This document shows positions 1 to 12,144 of a DNA stretch of 64,000 nucleotides, one piece after another; the stretch's first letter is position 1; every line of letters begins with the position of its first letter. The stretch comes from Naegleria gruberi (lineage: Eukaryota). The notes below the pieces were generated by a model. That model saw only the letters and a list, made by a program, of their open reading frames with translations. It did no database searches and was not told the origin of the DNA. The stretch lies in assembly GCA_000004985.1 (NCBI GenBank), contig GG738858.1; one strand, 5' to 3'. The translations under genes and the position numbers were made by a program.

Positions 1-1365
<1,365 letters not shown>

Positions 1366-1497
1366 TCATCAAACGAGAATCTCAAATTTTTATTTGATGT
1401 TACGGATGAGCAATTTGAAACACAATATTAAAATTTATTAAATAATAATTATTTAAATTATTTGGTTGATGGTGTTGTGGTGATGGTGATGGAATAA

Positions 1498-2673
1498 TTA
1501 AAATTTAAATGAGGGAAGGTATTGGGAGAGATAGTTAATAATTTGTGATTGTTGGAATTTTTCAGGAGGAATATTGAAGGTGTTGTGAGGAGTTGGATTA
1601 TTGGACAAGTGAGTTTGCATTTGGATAAAGTTGTGTTGATTGTGTTTCTTACATAGTACGGCAACAGATGTGTGACTGCTTTTACCATCTTCGAAGAGCC
1701 ACTCAGTAGAGAGGTTATTTGTATTATCTTGAACCCAGTTATAGTAGCTCACTGATTTTTCATCTTGTTTGGATCTGTCAAAGTTTTTGGTAGGATCGTC
1801 ATGGTGAATATTACTCAAAATTTTGACATTATTCACTTTAAACTTTCCATTAGAATACAGAGCAAGTGATTGGAAATTAGAGGCATTCCTTTCGAATGCA
1901 AATGAGTCAAAAATCTCTAAACGATCAATGTCAATTGACAGGTTTTCTCCATTGATTTTCAAATCAAAAAATCCCATTCCTTCCACAATTACAGTATCAA
2001 ATCCAAGTGATTCTGCAACTGATTGAGAACTTGATTCATTTGAGCAATTTAGATCACCTCCAATTACAACAAATCGTGGAAGAGCAAGAAATGATTTTGA
2101 TTTTTCATTCCACTTCTTTGCAATGACCTCTCTTGCCACAAGATACCATGGTATCACAATGTACAAATCATTAATATTCCCACTCAATGACTGATTTTGA
2201 GACAGGTATAATTTTTTCACTTTTAAATTATGGACTTGCATTGATCCACACAAAAAGCATCCAGTAATTGATTCATAATCAAACAATTCATTCCATCCCA
2301 ACAATTTCATAGATTTTCTAACTAGAATATTCAAGAAGAAATCAGAAAGAATAAACATTGTTCCTCCCATCAAGGCTAAAATTGTTAAAAACATTTGAAA
2401 TAATTCTTTCTGAGAAGGCATCGTACTAGTAAATATTGAAAACATAGATTCCTTTTCCTTCTCCTCTTTAATTTCTTGTTTTTGAATTATTGTGGTTGAA
2501 AAACATTTTGATTGATTTGTTGATTTTAATTTGAATAACATCATCGGAATATTAGATTGATAATTATTAAATATATTCCCATTATTACATATTGTAGGAA
2601 ATATTTTTGATGAATTAGCCAATTGCAATGCACTAGTCCTCCGATTCAATAAATTAAAACTCAATTTTAACAT
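1498..2673 (-). CDS. Membrane-anchored endonuclease/exonuclease/phosphatase (EEP)-like protein, sphingomyelinase-like; the N-terminal half of the EEP fold appears to be missing.
   Basis: This is the 424-aa ORF at 1498..2772. Its listed first codon is TTG, and the first ATG (2673) gives MLKLSF.... A TM segment (FLTILALMGGTMFILSDFF) precedes the motifs GGDLNCS and a C-terminal SHTSVAV...H. The ORF's 5' end abuts the ATG of the divergent gene at 2772. Confidence 0.4.
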   Translation of the reverse strand: MLKLSFNLLNRRTSALQLANSSKIFPTICNNGNIFNNYQSNIPMMLFKLKSTNQSKCFSTTIIQKQEIKEEKEKESMFSIFTSTMPSQKELFQMFLTILALMGGTMFILSDFFLNILVRKSMKLLGWNELFDYESITGCFLCGSMQVHNLKVKKLYLSQNQSLSGNINDLYIVIPWYLVAREVIAKKWNEKSKSFLALPRFVVIGGDLNCSNESSSQSVAESLGFDTVIVEGMGFFDLKINGENLSIDIDRLEIFDSFAFERNASNFQSLALYSNGKFKVNNVKILSNIHHDDPTKNFDRSKQDEKSVSYYNWVQDNTNNLSTEWLFEDGKSSHTSVAVLCKKHNQHNFIQMQTHLSNNPTPHNTFNIPPEKFQQSQIINYLSQYLPSFKF

Positions 2674-2771
2674 TTTTTTTGTAATTGTTAAGGAATTGAT
2701 TTTAATGACGAAATTGAATCTTGAACTTAGCTTTAAAGTTGATTTAGGTTCCAATAAAAAATAGATCAACA

Positions 2772-3752
2772 ATGAAACAAGTTATATTGGGCTTTGATGA
2801 TTCTGTAAAAATAGGTGTAGCCAACTATTCAGTCAATGATACATCAAGCACTGGTTGCACTGTATTCTTCTTTCCGAATCAACAATCAACATGTGTTGTT
2901 GATGTTAGAGGAGGAAGTCCAGGGTTATTTCATGTCTCGGATGGCTATCTGGATGCTATTTGTCTTTCAGGTGGATCTTTATTTGGCTTACAGACAATTC
3001 ATGGAGTTATGGCTGGAATTTCAGAACTGAGATCAAATCCGTGCATGTGGAATCAAATACCAATTGTGAAGGGAGCTATTATTTATGACTTTAAATTGGA
3101 TTCTTTTGATAAGTCTTTTAAAGAATTGGTTTTTCCTGACATTGCTTTGGGAAGAAAGGCATTCAATTGTGTTACAACTAATTCATTTCCTGTTGGATTG
3201 GTGGGCGCTGGAAGTGGAGCAAGAGCAGGTAAAATGTCTGTAATATATGATCTAACAACCAAAGATGATAATTTGTATGCACTTCCAGAACCTTCAGGTC
3301 AAGGAGGCGCCTTTGGATATTATGAATGTAAGGGAGTTCAAGTGAAAATTGGAATATTTTCAGTATTGAATCCAGTTGGTTGTATATTCAATAAGAAACA
3401 AGAATGTGTTCTTGGACATAGGAGCCAAACCATTAAAGAAAAGAGATATGCAACTGAGGAGCTTATTGACATGAATTCAACAGAAAGGAAGGAACAAACC
3501 ACAACAAGTAATACCACACTTACAGTTCTAATCACCAACGTTACAATCTCTGATCAATTAAAAAGACAATTGGCTAAACAATTACACTCTGAAATGAGTA
3601 CTTTCATTCGACCTTTCAATACCCCTGATGATGGCGACACATTCTTCTTTGTTTCTACCAATGAGTTGAGTGAAAATCATTTCAGATACATTGACTTTAC
3701 TTCATTGGCTTCAAAATTATTACCTGATGCCATTCTCAGTATTATTGAATAA
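2772..3752 (+). CDS. DmpA/OAT-family L-aminopeptidase/D-esterase (peptidase S58), single exon.
   Basis: The 326-aa ORF reads VKIGVANYSVNDTSSTGCTVFFFP...DVRGGSPG, typical of the DmpA/ArgJ-like fold. It starts at an ATG with an A-rich leader. Confidence 0.65.
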   Translation: MKQVILGFDDSVKIGVANYSVNDTSSTGCTVFFFPNQQSTCVVDVRGGSPGLFHVSDGYLDAICLSGGSLFGLQTIHGVMAGISELRSNPCMWNQIPIVKGAIIYDFKLDSFDKSFKELVFPDIALGRKAFNCVTTNSFPVGLVGAGSGARAGKMSVIYDLTTKDDNLYALPEPSGQGGAFGYYECKGVQVKIGIFSVLNPVGCIFNKKQECVLGHRSQTIKEKRYATEELIDMNSTERKEQTTTSNTTLTVLITNVTISDQLKRQLAKQLHSEMSTFIRPFNTPDDGDTFFFVSTNELSENHFRYIDFTSLASKLLPDAILSIIE

Positions 3753-4015
3753 AAAAAACATTAACAAGAAATTATGTTGAGAATTCTCATAATTCTGCGT
3801 GAAATAAGGTAAGGTCCACCACACAGTGGAAATCATTGGTCATTACAACGCAGTGAGTTCCATTGATCTAAAAATAAGTTAATGTTCTCTTGAACAACTG
3901 TGTGGAAGAAAAACTATTTAAAAAAATACAAGTTCACTTCCTCAGGCTGTTGGCTCGTAATTTTTGATCATCATCAAAAAATAATTATCAAAAATAATCA
4001 TCATCAGCAATAATA

Positions 4016-5384
4016 ATGGATACAATTGTTTCACTCATCCTTCAAAGCAAGAAGAAGGATCAATTAGATGATCTCCAAAAGAAGCTTGAAGCTAACATTG
4101 ATAAGTTGAGACAAATGACTGGTCATGTTTCTACAGCCTTGAAAGCTTTGAGACCTGATGAACACGCTATGGGTATTACATATTTACTTTTCGCCAAGGC
4201 TACTCTTCCAAAGCTTGATGAAAGCTTTTTGGTTGAAGTTGAAGGTTTTGTTTCAGCTATGGATGGTGAACAAACTAGAAGAGCCGCTAACAGATTTGTT
4301 TATGTTACTAATAGATATATGGAATTGTGTAGAGATAATAACTTGTCAAGCAGAGGTATTAGAACCCTCCAAGTTGCTGTTCAACGTTTCCGAAAGTCAT
4401 CAGAATTTTTGACTCCTGTCCACAGTCAATTACTCTGTTTGTGTTTGAAGAGTAAGAACTACAAGATCGGATACAATTTAATTGAAAATAAGATCTTTGA
4501 TATTGACACTGATATCACTGGACTTACACCAAGAGATATGTTGTTGTATTATTACTATGGTGGTTTGATCTATATTGGCATGAAGGAATACTCAAAGGCA
4601 TACAATTTTTATGATCTTGTAAGTAGTTGTTTTATTGATCAACAATAGTTTCTAATTTCTTCATACTAAAAAGGCTATGCAAATTCCAGCTCTTGCTTTG
4701 AATGCTATCATGGTTGAAAGTGCCAAGAAACTTGTTTTGGTTTCACTTTTAGTACACGGTAAATATTTGGGTATTTCAAAGAATGCTTCAAACTTGGTTC
4801 ATAGACACATGAAGACATTCTGTTCTCTCTATTTAGATTTTGCTTCTGCTTTTGAACGTAATGATGTCGAAAAGGCTCTCAAGATCATGACTGAAAATGC
4901 TCAAGTTTTCAAGGAAGAAAAGAATTTGGGTTTGATGAAGCAATGTATTTCTGCTCTCAATAGAAGAAATATTCAAAAGCTTACTTCAACATATGTTACT
5001 CTCTCTTTGGTTGATATTGCCAAGGCTGCTCGTTTGAAGGATGCTAAGGAAGCCGAATCTCTCTTGTTCAAGATGATTGATAATGGTCAAATTAATGCTA
5101 GAATTAACCAAGTTGACGGAATGGTTACCTTTGAAGAAGACAGTCAATCATCTAACTTTGTTTCTCCTTTCACAAATCAAACTCTTGATAGAAGTATTCA
5201 AAAGACAGTTGACTTTACCAAACGTCTCAAGAGGATGGATGAAGAAATTTCAACATCATCTGCTTATATTATTCGTTCATTTGGTTTGAGAGAAGAAATG
5301 TTCACAATGGATGCTATGTCTAACAAGAGAGGTGGTGCTGCATCAATTGGTCGTTTGCTTGGATCTTTCGACATGTGGAGATAA
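4016..5384 (+). CDS. csn3: COP9 signalosome subunit 3 (PCI domain). Two exons: 4016..4618 and 4674..5384.
   Basis: Two adjacent ORFs are joined by a 55-nt GTAAGT...AAAAG intron (4619..4673) in phase 0. The joined protein ...KEYSKAYNFYDL|AMQIPALALNAIMVESAKKLVLVSL... aligns with human CSN3 through the PCI domain (NRRNIQKLTSTYVTLSL..., INQVDGMVTFEE). Confidence 0.85.
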
Positions 5385-5484
5385 ACTCTTAAATGATCTG
5401 AAAATTTGTAAATCTATGTAAACATAAAAAGTCCTGTAATTTTTAACATGATTGATATCTTTTTAAGTTTTGTAATACTAATCA

Positions 5485-7700
5485 TCAGTTGTTTATTTGA
5501 ATTGGCTTTAGATGAATCATCCTGTTTTGTGGGTTGTTATTATTATTCGAAACTGCTGGATCTCTCGGTTTCAAAGCAAACAAGTTTTGTCTTGAACCTT
5601 CTGATGAAGATGGAGGAGATGGATTGTACAAATGATCATTTAAGAAATGATCATACAGTTCTTTTTCCAAATCATCTAAATTATCAGTATTAAGGATTGT
5701 TGACTTCTTAGAGGCTGATTTTCGTCCTGATGTTTTTTCTGATATAATACTAGAATTTACATTTCCCCAATTAGGAGTATATGGATATCCTTGTTGTTGA
5801 TGGCTAAGTTTTGGAAGAGTTTTGATAGGAGATACATTCATCTTTGAGTAAGAAGAATCTGGAACAACTGTAGCTCCTTTGATGGAGTTTCTTAATGTCA
5901 AGTTTGATTTGCTCTTCCTCGTTTTAAGAAATTTTTCACCTGAAGCTCTTGGAGAAATACTAGCTTGTGTATCTTCTTTAACATTTTCAGAGATTGAAGA
6001 TGGTGCCCTTAGTACTTCCTTCTTGGTTCTTTGAATATTTCTATTATCATTTTCCTGGTCAATTATATCATTTTCATAGTTATGTTGTTTAAGAGTTTGT
6101 GGAGGAGAGTCCGTTAGAGGATTGAGTTGTTTCAATTGTTTTGATGGAGTTGGTTTAACTCTTCTATCCGCTATTGAACTAGTATATACAATTTTGCTGA
6201 GATTCACTGGTTTTGTCTGTACAGTTTTTGGTATTGATGGCTTATTGATCGATTCATGCTTATTGAGATCGATCTGAATAGGTTTTCTCTTTTTTTCTAT
6301 TATTTTTTCTGCTCTTGAGCTAGCCCTTGGAGGGGTTGTTGCTTCATCTCTGTCTCTGCCAGATTGCCTAGATTTTCCTCTCTTATTTCCTTGATAAATG
6401 TCACTTTCTTCTGGCATGCCATCTACAAGGTTTCCTGTCATCATTTCACTAGCTTGAATTGGTCGAGTTATTATCTTCTTTTTTCTACTATTTACAGAAT
6501 TTTGTTCGGAATAAGTTATTGTGGATGGTTGGTTTGTTTGTTGGTGCACTAGATTTCCCTTGCTTCCAAAAGTTTGAAGAGATGGTTTTTGGACTCCTCT
6601 TTCCTGAGGAAGATCTTGAGTTGATTCTTGGGTAGTAGGACTTAATACTGGTTCGTTCTTTTCTAAACCCTCAAAGAACTTGTGGTTCATGCAATCTTCT
6701 GCTGTAAATCGATCCTTTGGATCAATTTTCAGACAACCTTTCATAAAAGCTAGCCCTGTTTTAGAGACCTTACCCAAAAACCTTCGTTCCAATCCCTCAC
6801 AAGCAGTCATATCTGGAAACTTGTATCCATTAAACATTGGATTTTTAAAAAACATCTTAGTCTGTTCCTTCGTCAGTGGACCTAGCAGTTTTTGTATCAA
6901 ATATAACTGATCTATTTCAGATTGTCCAGGGAAAATGGGCCTCCCAGTCAATAGCTCAGCTACAAATATTTAAAATTAATTGAAATAATGATAACAACTT
7001 ACCCATAATACACCCTATTGCCCATATATCAACTTCTGGTCCGTAATGTTTACATCCCAGTAGGAGGGAAGGACATCTATACCACCTAGTTGCTATATAG
7101 TCAGTAAATTCAGTATCTTTCTTTGGTATTGTTCTCGCAAATCCAAAGTCAATAAGTTTAAGGTGTTTGTTACTATTAACCATGATATTCTCGAGTTTGA
7201 TATCTCTGTGTATTATTCTATTTTGATGACAATAAGCGATAGCTCTCACCAACTGATGCATATATGTTTTAACTAAGTCCTCACTAAATCCATCAGGCTG
7301 CAGTGATAAGTGTTCCAACATATTCATTTCAAAGAATTCAAATACTAGATGAAGTTTTCCTCTTTTTCGGAAGACATCTTTTAACGTTATAATATTATCG
7401 TGCTTTAAAATCCTCAATAATTTAACTTCTCGCATTGTAGTTTTCTTTACTACCTCATCCTTTTCTATTTAATTTCAATGATATGTTGAAATTTTGGTGA
7501 TATTGGTCTACTTAGTACTGAAACTTACGATCATTTTCCTTGAATTGCTTGATAGCAACATAGTCTCCCGTCTCCTTATCTCTACATTTTAATACCACTC
7601 CATACGTTCCTATAATAATTAAGTTAGAAAAACAACATCATCCTCAAACAATAAATTCCTTACCTTCTCCGATTTTATCAATCACTTCATATCGATTCAT
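5485..7700 (-). CDS. CDKL-type (cyclin-dependent kinase-like) Ser/Thr protein kinase with a long S/T/N-rich C-terminal tail. Four exons: 7700..7664, 7609..7529, 7464..7003 and 6959..5485.
   Basis: Exon 1 encodes MNRYEVIDKIGEG. Exon 2 encodes TYGVVLKCRDKETGDYVAIKQFKEND. Exon 3 runs from (Q)KDEVVKKTTMREVKLLRILKH through HRDIKLENI and DFGFAR to ...IGCIM. Exon 4 begins AELLTGRPIFPGQSEIDQLYLIQK. The introns are 54, 64 and 43 nt with GTAAG donors, and phases are consistent. The match to human CDKL1-5 is strong. Confidence 0.8.
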
Positions 7701-8076
7701 TTTTTACAGTTTTAGGCGCGAACAATCCAACGAACCCTAAAATTGCTTGGGAAGATTTGCAAACCGTCGACAGAGATTTTGCTCTTTTTTTTCTTATGAA
7801 ACGATTGTCACTAAACATTATTTAGAAAGCATTAGAAAAGCTTTCAAAATTACTAGAATTGAAACTAGAGACTGATTTAAGGTTGGCGTATTGCCTCAAC
7901 ACTCAAATATTCAATGTTTTCCAATAAGAATTGTCTTTCAATTTGGATCTAAGATATCTCACCCTCATGATCTTGGAAATTGTACAGGTTCCCTTTTCCA
8001 AACACGCTCATCAAATATAATAAATAATAATAAAAAATAGCTCTAACAGAGTACGAGGAGAATTTTAGAGAAGAAA

Positions 8077-9110
8077 ATGGGTAATGTCGTTGCTTCGTAT
8101 GTGTTTGCTCCACCAAAACCTACCTATGATGAATCATATCCTTATCCTGTTACATTCTTGACTACAAAGTCAAAGAAGATGATTCCTTGTTATTTCATGA
8201 AGGCTAACAAGGATACAACAACGACAATTATCTATTCTCACGGTAATGCTGCAGATATTGGTGCGATGGTATGTTTATTATTTAGTAGTAACTAATTTTG
8301 AAATGGAATATAATAGTATGATTTTTTGGTTGTTTTAAGAGATCATTTGAATGGTAGGTTATGACGATGATTGGATAATATATAATGATGGAATAATATT
8401 ATTCAGTTAATGTATTGCATTATGAATATGTTGGATATGGTCTTGCAAATCAATACCAACCTTCGGAAAGTGGTACGTAGTTTCAACTGAAATGAACTTG
8501 ATGTACTAACCTTGTCACAACAGACACCTATGAAAGTGCTGAAGCTGCTTATGAGTTTTTGACAAAAGCACAAAATATTCCTCCTAAGGATATTGTAATT
8601 TTCGGAACATCCGTTGGCAGTGGGCCATCATGCTACCTAGCAAGTAAATATCCAGTGAGAGGATTAATTTTGGAATGTCGTAAGTAATTGTGATTTATTT
8701 TGTTTTATTTAATGTCAATATTAAGCATTCGTTTCGTAAGTATTAAGATGAATTATCAATGCCAATTTATAATTAATAGTATTTGCCGTATTGTATCAAC
8801 ATCTGTATTTTTGAGGCCAGTGGACATGTTTGTTAATGTTAATAGAATTCCTAATGTAAATGCTCCTGTAATTAGTAAGTTTATTGGAATTCAGTAATAT
8901 CTAATACAAGAAGTATTCCATGGTACTAAAGATGATGTTGTACCTTATGAACATGGTAAAACATTATTTGAAAATGTACAAAAAAAGTATCAATATAAGT
9001 TTATTACTTTGGAAGGAGGATCTCATCATGATATCATTGAAAGATTGACCCTTAAGACATATATTCAAACATTGAAAACCTATCTTCTCAGTCTGAGTGT
9101 TGACAAGTAA
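8077..9110 (+). CDS. ABHD17-like alpha/beta-hydrolase (putative depalmitoylase). Proposed exons: 8077..8287, 8407..8472, 8524..8679, a 10-nt micro-exon at 8726..8735, 8780..8874 and 8911..9110.
   Basis: Conserved blocks match human ABHD17: YSHGNAADIGAM, NVLHYEYVGYGLANQYQPSES, DTYESAEAAYEFL...IVIFGTSVGSGPS (nucleophile elbow GxSxG), CPFVSICRIVSTSVFLRPVDMFVNVNRIPNVNAPVI and VFHGTKDDVVPYEHG...EGGSHHDI. Phases only work with a 10-nt micro-exon and introns of 46, 44 and 36 nt. The exon-1 donor is ambiguous between 8288 and 8269. Confidence 0.55.
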
Positions 9111-9119
9111 ATAAATTAT

Positions 9120-10859
9120 TTATTCTTCATCTGAATTCAAGTTGATATATTTGTCAACCACAGACTCTGAGAATTGTTTTTCAACGAATTCTTTCATTGG
9201 TGACATGAGAGGAGCCTTAACAATAACATTTTTGCCACTGGTTGGGTGTTGGAAAACTATTTTGTACAAATGGAAGAATATCTTATTTACATTAAGGTTT
9301 TTGGACAAACCAATTGGAATTCTATTGTCTACTTGATCAAAGTAAGGGAAATCACCTAACATGGGAATGCCATTTGTTGCCAGATGTGAACGAACTTGTT
9401 GGACTGAACCTGATGGGATGGACACTGTAGCAAGAGCAATCCTGTTATCCTCATTGAGTTCTAGAACATTGACGACTGTCTTGATATTTCTCAATACTTT
9501 AGTGCTAGGAAGTTCATGGGTACCAGCTCTTTGTAATACCTGAACATTATACTCTGGGTGCATTACAAATTTGAGATCTCCTTCTAGGGTAAGAGTGGTA
9601 TTTTTGGTTGCCTTTTCATACTTTTCTTTCAACATTTCATGTTCCTTTCTCATATCCTTCCATCCACCAGATAAATCCAATGTTTCATGTTCCTCTCCCA
9701 TTCCTTCAAGAAGATCTAATTCTTCATCTCCATCCTCTTCCATATCACCATAGTCATCAACAAATAATTCCTCAGCTTCTCCAAGATTAAGATCAGCAAA
9801 CCTGTCAGGTTTCTTTGAAACTCCAAACGAAGATAAAATATCTTTTTCAGAAAGGTTTGATCCCTCTTCATCATCAGTTGTTTCCTCATCTTCATCAAAT
9901 TCCTCCTTCAAATGATAAAAGGGATTCAATTTCTTCTTTAAGCTATTAATGTTTGGCACAGCACAAACTGTTATATATTGTTTTTGTAAGTTGGTATTTG
10001 GCAAAAATTGTTCACTCAATTTTTGGATTGAATGTGAGTTTTTCCCACAAATAAGAACTCCTGACATTTGTGACTCCATTCTGTGGGCTAAATTAATATT
10101 CAGTGGCAATGTGTTTGTGGTTTGCTTGCTCTTTTTCTTTGATTTTTCTTTTTCTTTTTCTTTAGAAAGTACATAATTTCTAATTGCATAAATCATCGTC
10201 TCAGATTCTGGTTTAGATTTGCTTGAATGAACAGCATACCCAACAGGTTTGTTAACTACTATAACATCCTTGTCTTCATACAGTACATGAATAGGAGCTA
10301 TTGGTCCATCATACATTTCAACATGTTTCATTGGTGTGAGATTTGCTGAAAATGGTCTATTCTCTAAATAAATTTCAATTTGGAGTCCTTTCAATATATC
10401 AGTAAATTTAATAAACTTATTATCTTCATTCAATTTCTTATTATTTGCTTTCACATATCCATTTGATAATAAAAATTGAGCATACTCTCTGCTGATAGGT
10501 ACTGTTTGACTCAATAGTTTATCAACTCTAATTTTCTCTGACAAAATTGGTGAATCTTCTTCCACATCCTCTGTATTTAATACTGAAAATTTAACAGATT
10601 TTTTCCTTCCTTCAATCACATCCTTTTCCGAACACTCCAAATACTTGGTTTTTAAAATTGAAAACACATCCACACCCTTCTTTTTCCTTCTCAAAGATGA
10701 CGAATAATTATTAACTCTCCACTCTGATAGTCCATGTTGTAAGAATCGATAATGATTATATTTTTGTACGGTAGTAGTGGTAGCCCATTGTTGATGATGT
10801 TGAAGAGTTGTGTGCCCTCTGAAAAGCTTGAGAGTTTTATGAAGAGACCTTCCTAGCAT
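9120..10859 (-). CDS. RluA-family RNA pseudouridine synthase (RPUSD-like) with an S4-like N-terminal region and an acidic insert; single exon.
   Basis: The 579-aa ORF starts at an ATG. It contains the motifs VVNKPVGYAVH, the catalytic HRMESQMSGVLICGKN (cf. HRLDxxTSG) and YITVCAVPN. Its stop lies 9 nt from the ABHD17 stop. Confidence 0.65.
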   Translation of the reverse strand: MLGRSLHKTLKLFRGHTTLQHHQQWATTTTVQKYNHYRFLQHGLSEWRVNNYSSSLRRKKKGVDVFSILKTKYLECSEKDVIEGRKKSVKFSVLNTEDVEEDSPILSEKIRVDKLLSQTVPISREYAQFLLSNGYVKANNKKLNEDNKFIKFTDILKGLQIEIYLENRPFSANLTPMKHVEMYDGPIAPIHVLYEDKDVIVVNKPVGYAVHSSKSKPESETMIYAIRNYVLSKEKEKEKSKKKSKQTTNTLPLNINLAHRMESQMSGVLICGKNSHSIQKLSEQFLPNTNLQKQYITVCAVPNINSLKKKLNPFYHLKEEFDEDEETTDDEEGSNLSEKDILSSFGVSKKPDRFADLNLGEAEELFVDDYGDMEEDGDEELDLLEGMGEEHETLDLSGGWKDMRKEHEMLKEKYEKATKNTTLTLEGDLKFVMHPEYNVQVLQRAGTHELPSTKVLRNIKTVVNVLELNEDNRIALATVSIPSGSVQQVRSHLATNGIPMLGDFPYFDQVDNRIPIGLSKNLNVNKIFFHLYKIVFQHPTSGKNVIVKAPLMSPMKEFVEKQFSESVVDKYINLNSDEE

Positions 10860-10993
10860 TTTTTCTTTTCAAATTCTTTCATGATGATTGCTACTAAATG
10901 CAAAGAGAAACAAGGCTTTGTTTTTGAAATTACACAATTCTCTTCTTTGAAGCTTATTAATACTTTTGGCGGTATTTTCCAATCAGAAAAAAA

Positions 10994-11813
10994 ATGGAAA
11001 GAAGAGAGCAAGTGTTTTCATCGATTGAGTGGTTGAGGGAGGTAAGTTGACTTGATTTACAGTATTGGGGTGGAGAGGAGAATTTAGAGTTTCATATCAT
11101 TGGCTAAATATAAGGAGGAATCAGAGAAACATTCCATCAGAGATGAAGTGGAAAAAGAATACAAGGAAAAAGTAAAGGCTTTGGAAAATACTATTGAGGA
11201 ATTGAAGAAGAGACTTGACGATAAGAATAATGAAATTGATAAATGTGTTGTCTCTTCTAATAGGATGATCGAGACAGAATTGGAGAATCAAAAGCTTAGG
11301 GAAGAGAATAATCTATTGATGGGAAAGCAATCAGAGTATGATAGGGAAATTAAATCAGTGTTGGAATTTTATGAGAGACGATTCATAACAGTGAATGAAG
11401 ATGTTGAAGCTAAACTTTTACATTTCGAGAATAACGTTATTGCTCCACTGATGAATAATGTATCACAAGCCGAAACTAGCCTCAAGAAGGCACTCTCTGT
11501 CGGTCACAAATTGAGATCAGAGAGGAATGACCTTAGACAAAGATGTTCTCAACTCCTCTCACAATTGAGAAGCAGAACAGAGGAGTTGGATAAGCTCCAA
11601 ATGGATCACGATCAAATTCAAACAAGAAATGAAGAGAATTTGCAAAAGGTCAAAATGCAATACGAGCAAAAGATGCTGCAACTCAATACCAAGATTAATG
11701 CTGAGAGAACCTCATACTCCTCAAGTGGCCAAACTGCAATTGAAATGTATAAGAAGAAATTGCAAGCGGCTGAGCTACAGATTAAAGAGCTTAAAAAGGG
11801 TCAAAAGAAATAA
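10994..11813 (+). CDS. Coiled-coil protein of unknown function. Two exons: 10994..11041 and 11088..11813.
   Basis: The ATG at 10994 encodes MERREQVFSSIEWLRE, followed by a 46-nt GTAAGT...TTTAG intron. The listed ORF 11100.. begins at an internal TTG. The sequence is KEEL/Q-rich with heptad repeats throughout. Confidence 0.45.
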
Positions 11814-12144
11814 ATGCACACCATCAACAAAGTAAAACAATTCCAAACAAGGTGATATTAATTGGATTACGATAAAAATCTCAATAGTGTTTTAAAGAAA
11901 CTACCACCAGACAATCATTTTCCTCTTTGAGATCCTCTCCATTTTGTTAACAGATTGGGTCCTGAATTGTATCTGTCGACTGTTGTCAGATACCCATGTG
12001 GACAAGTATCCGACAGGTTTGGAAAAATAAAAAAGGTAATATTACAAATTTAACATCTTTGCAAATTGACAGCTCCATAACCGAGCCCTCAAAAATCCAA
12101 ATTTCATGAAGATACTGCAAGCAATTGCTCAATAGGATAAAAAA

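Noticed and set aside
8269-8406. Canonical GTATGT donor at 8269 as the end of ABHD17 exon 1.
   Set aside because: It leaves the next conserved exon (NVLHYEYVGYG) out of frame with no phase-compatible acceptor. The downstream GTAACT donor at 8288 keeps frame and length (GAMVCLLFS|INVLHYEY) but is non-canonical, so exon 1's end stays uncertain.
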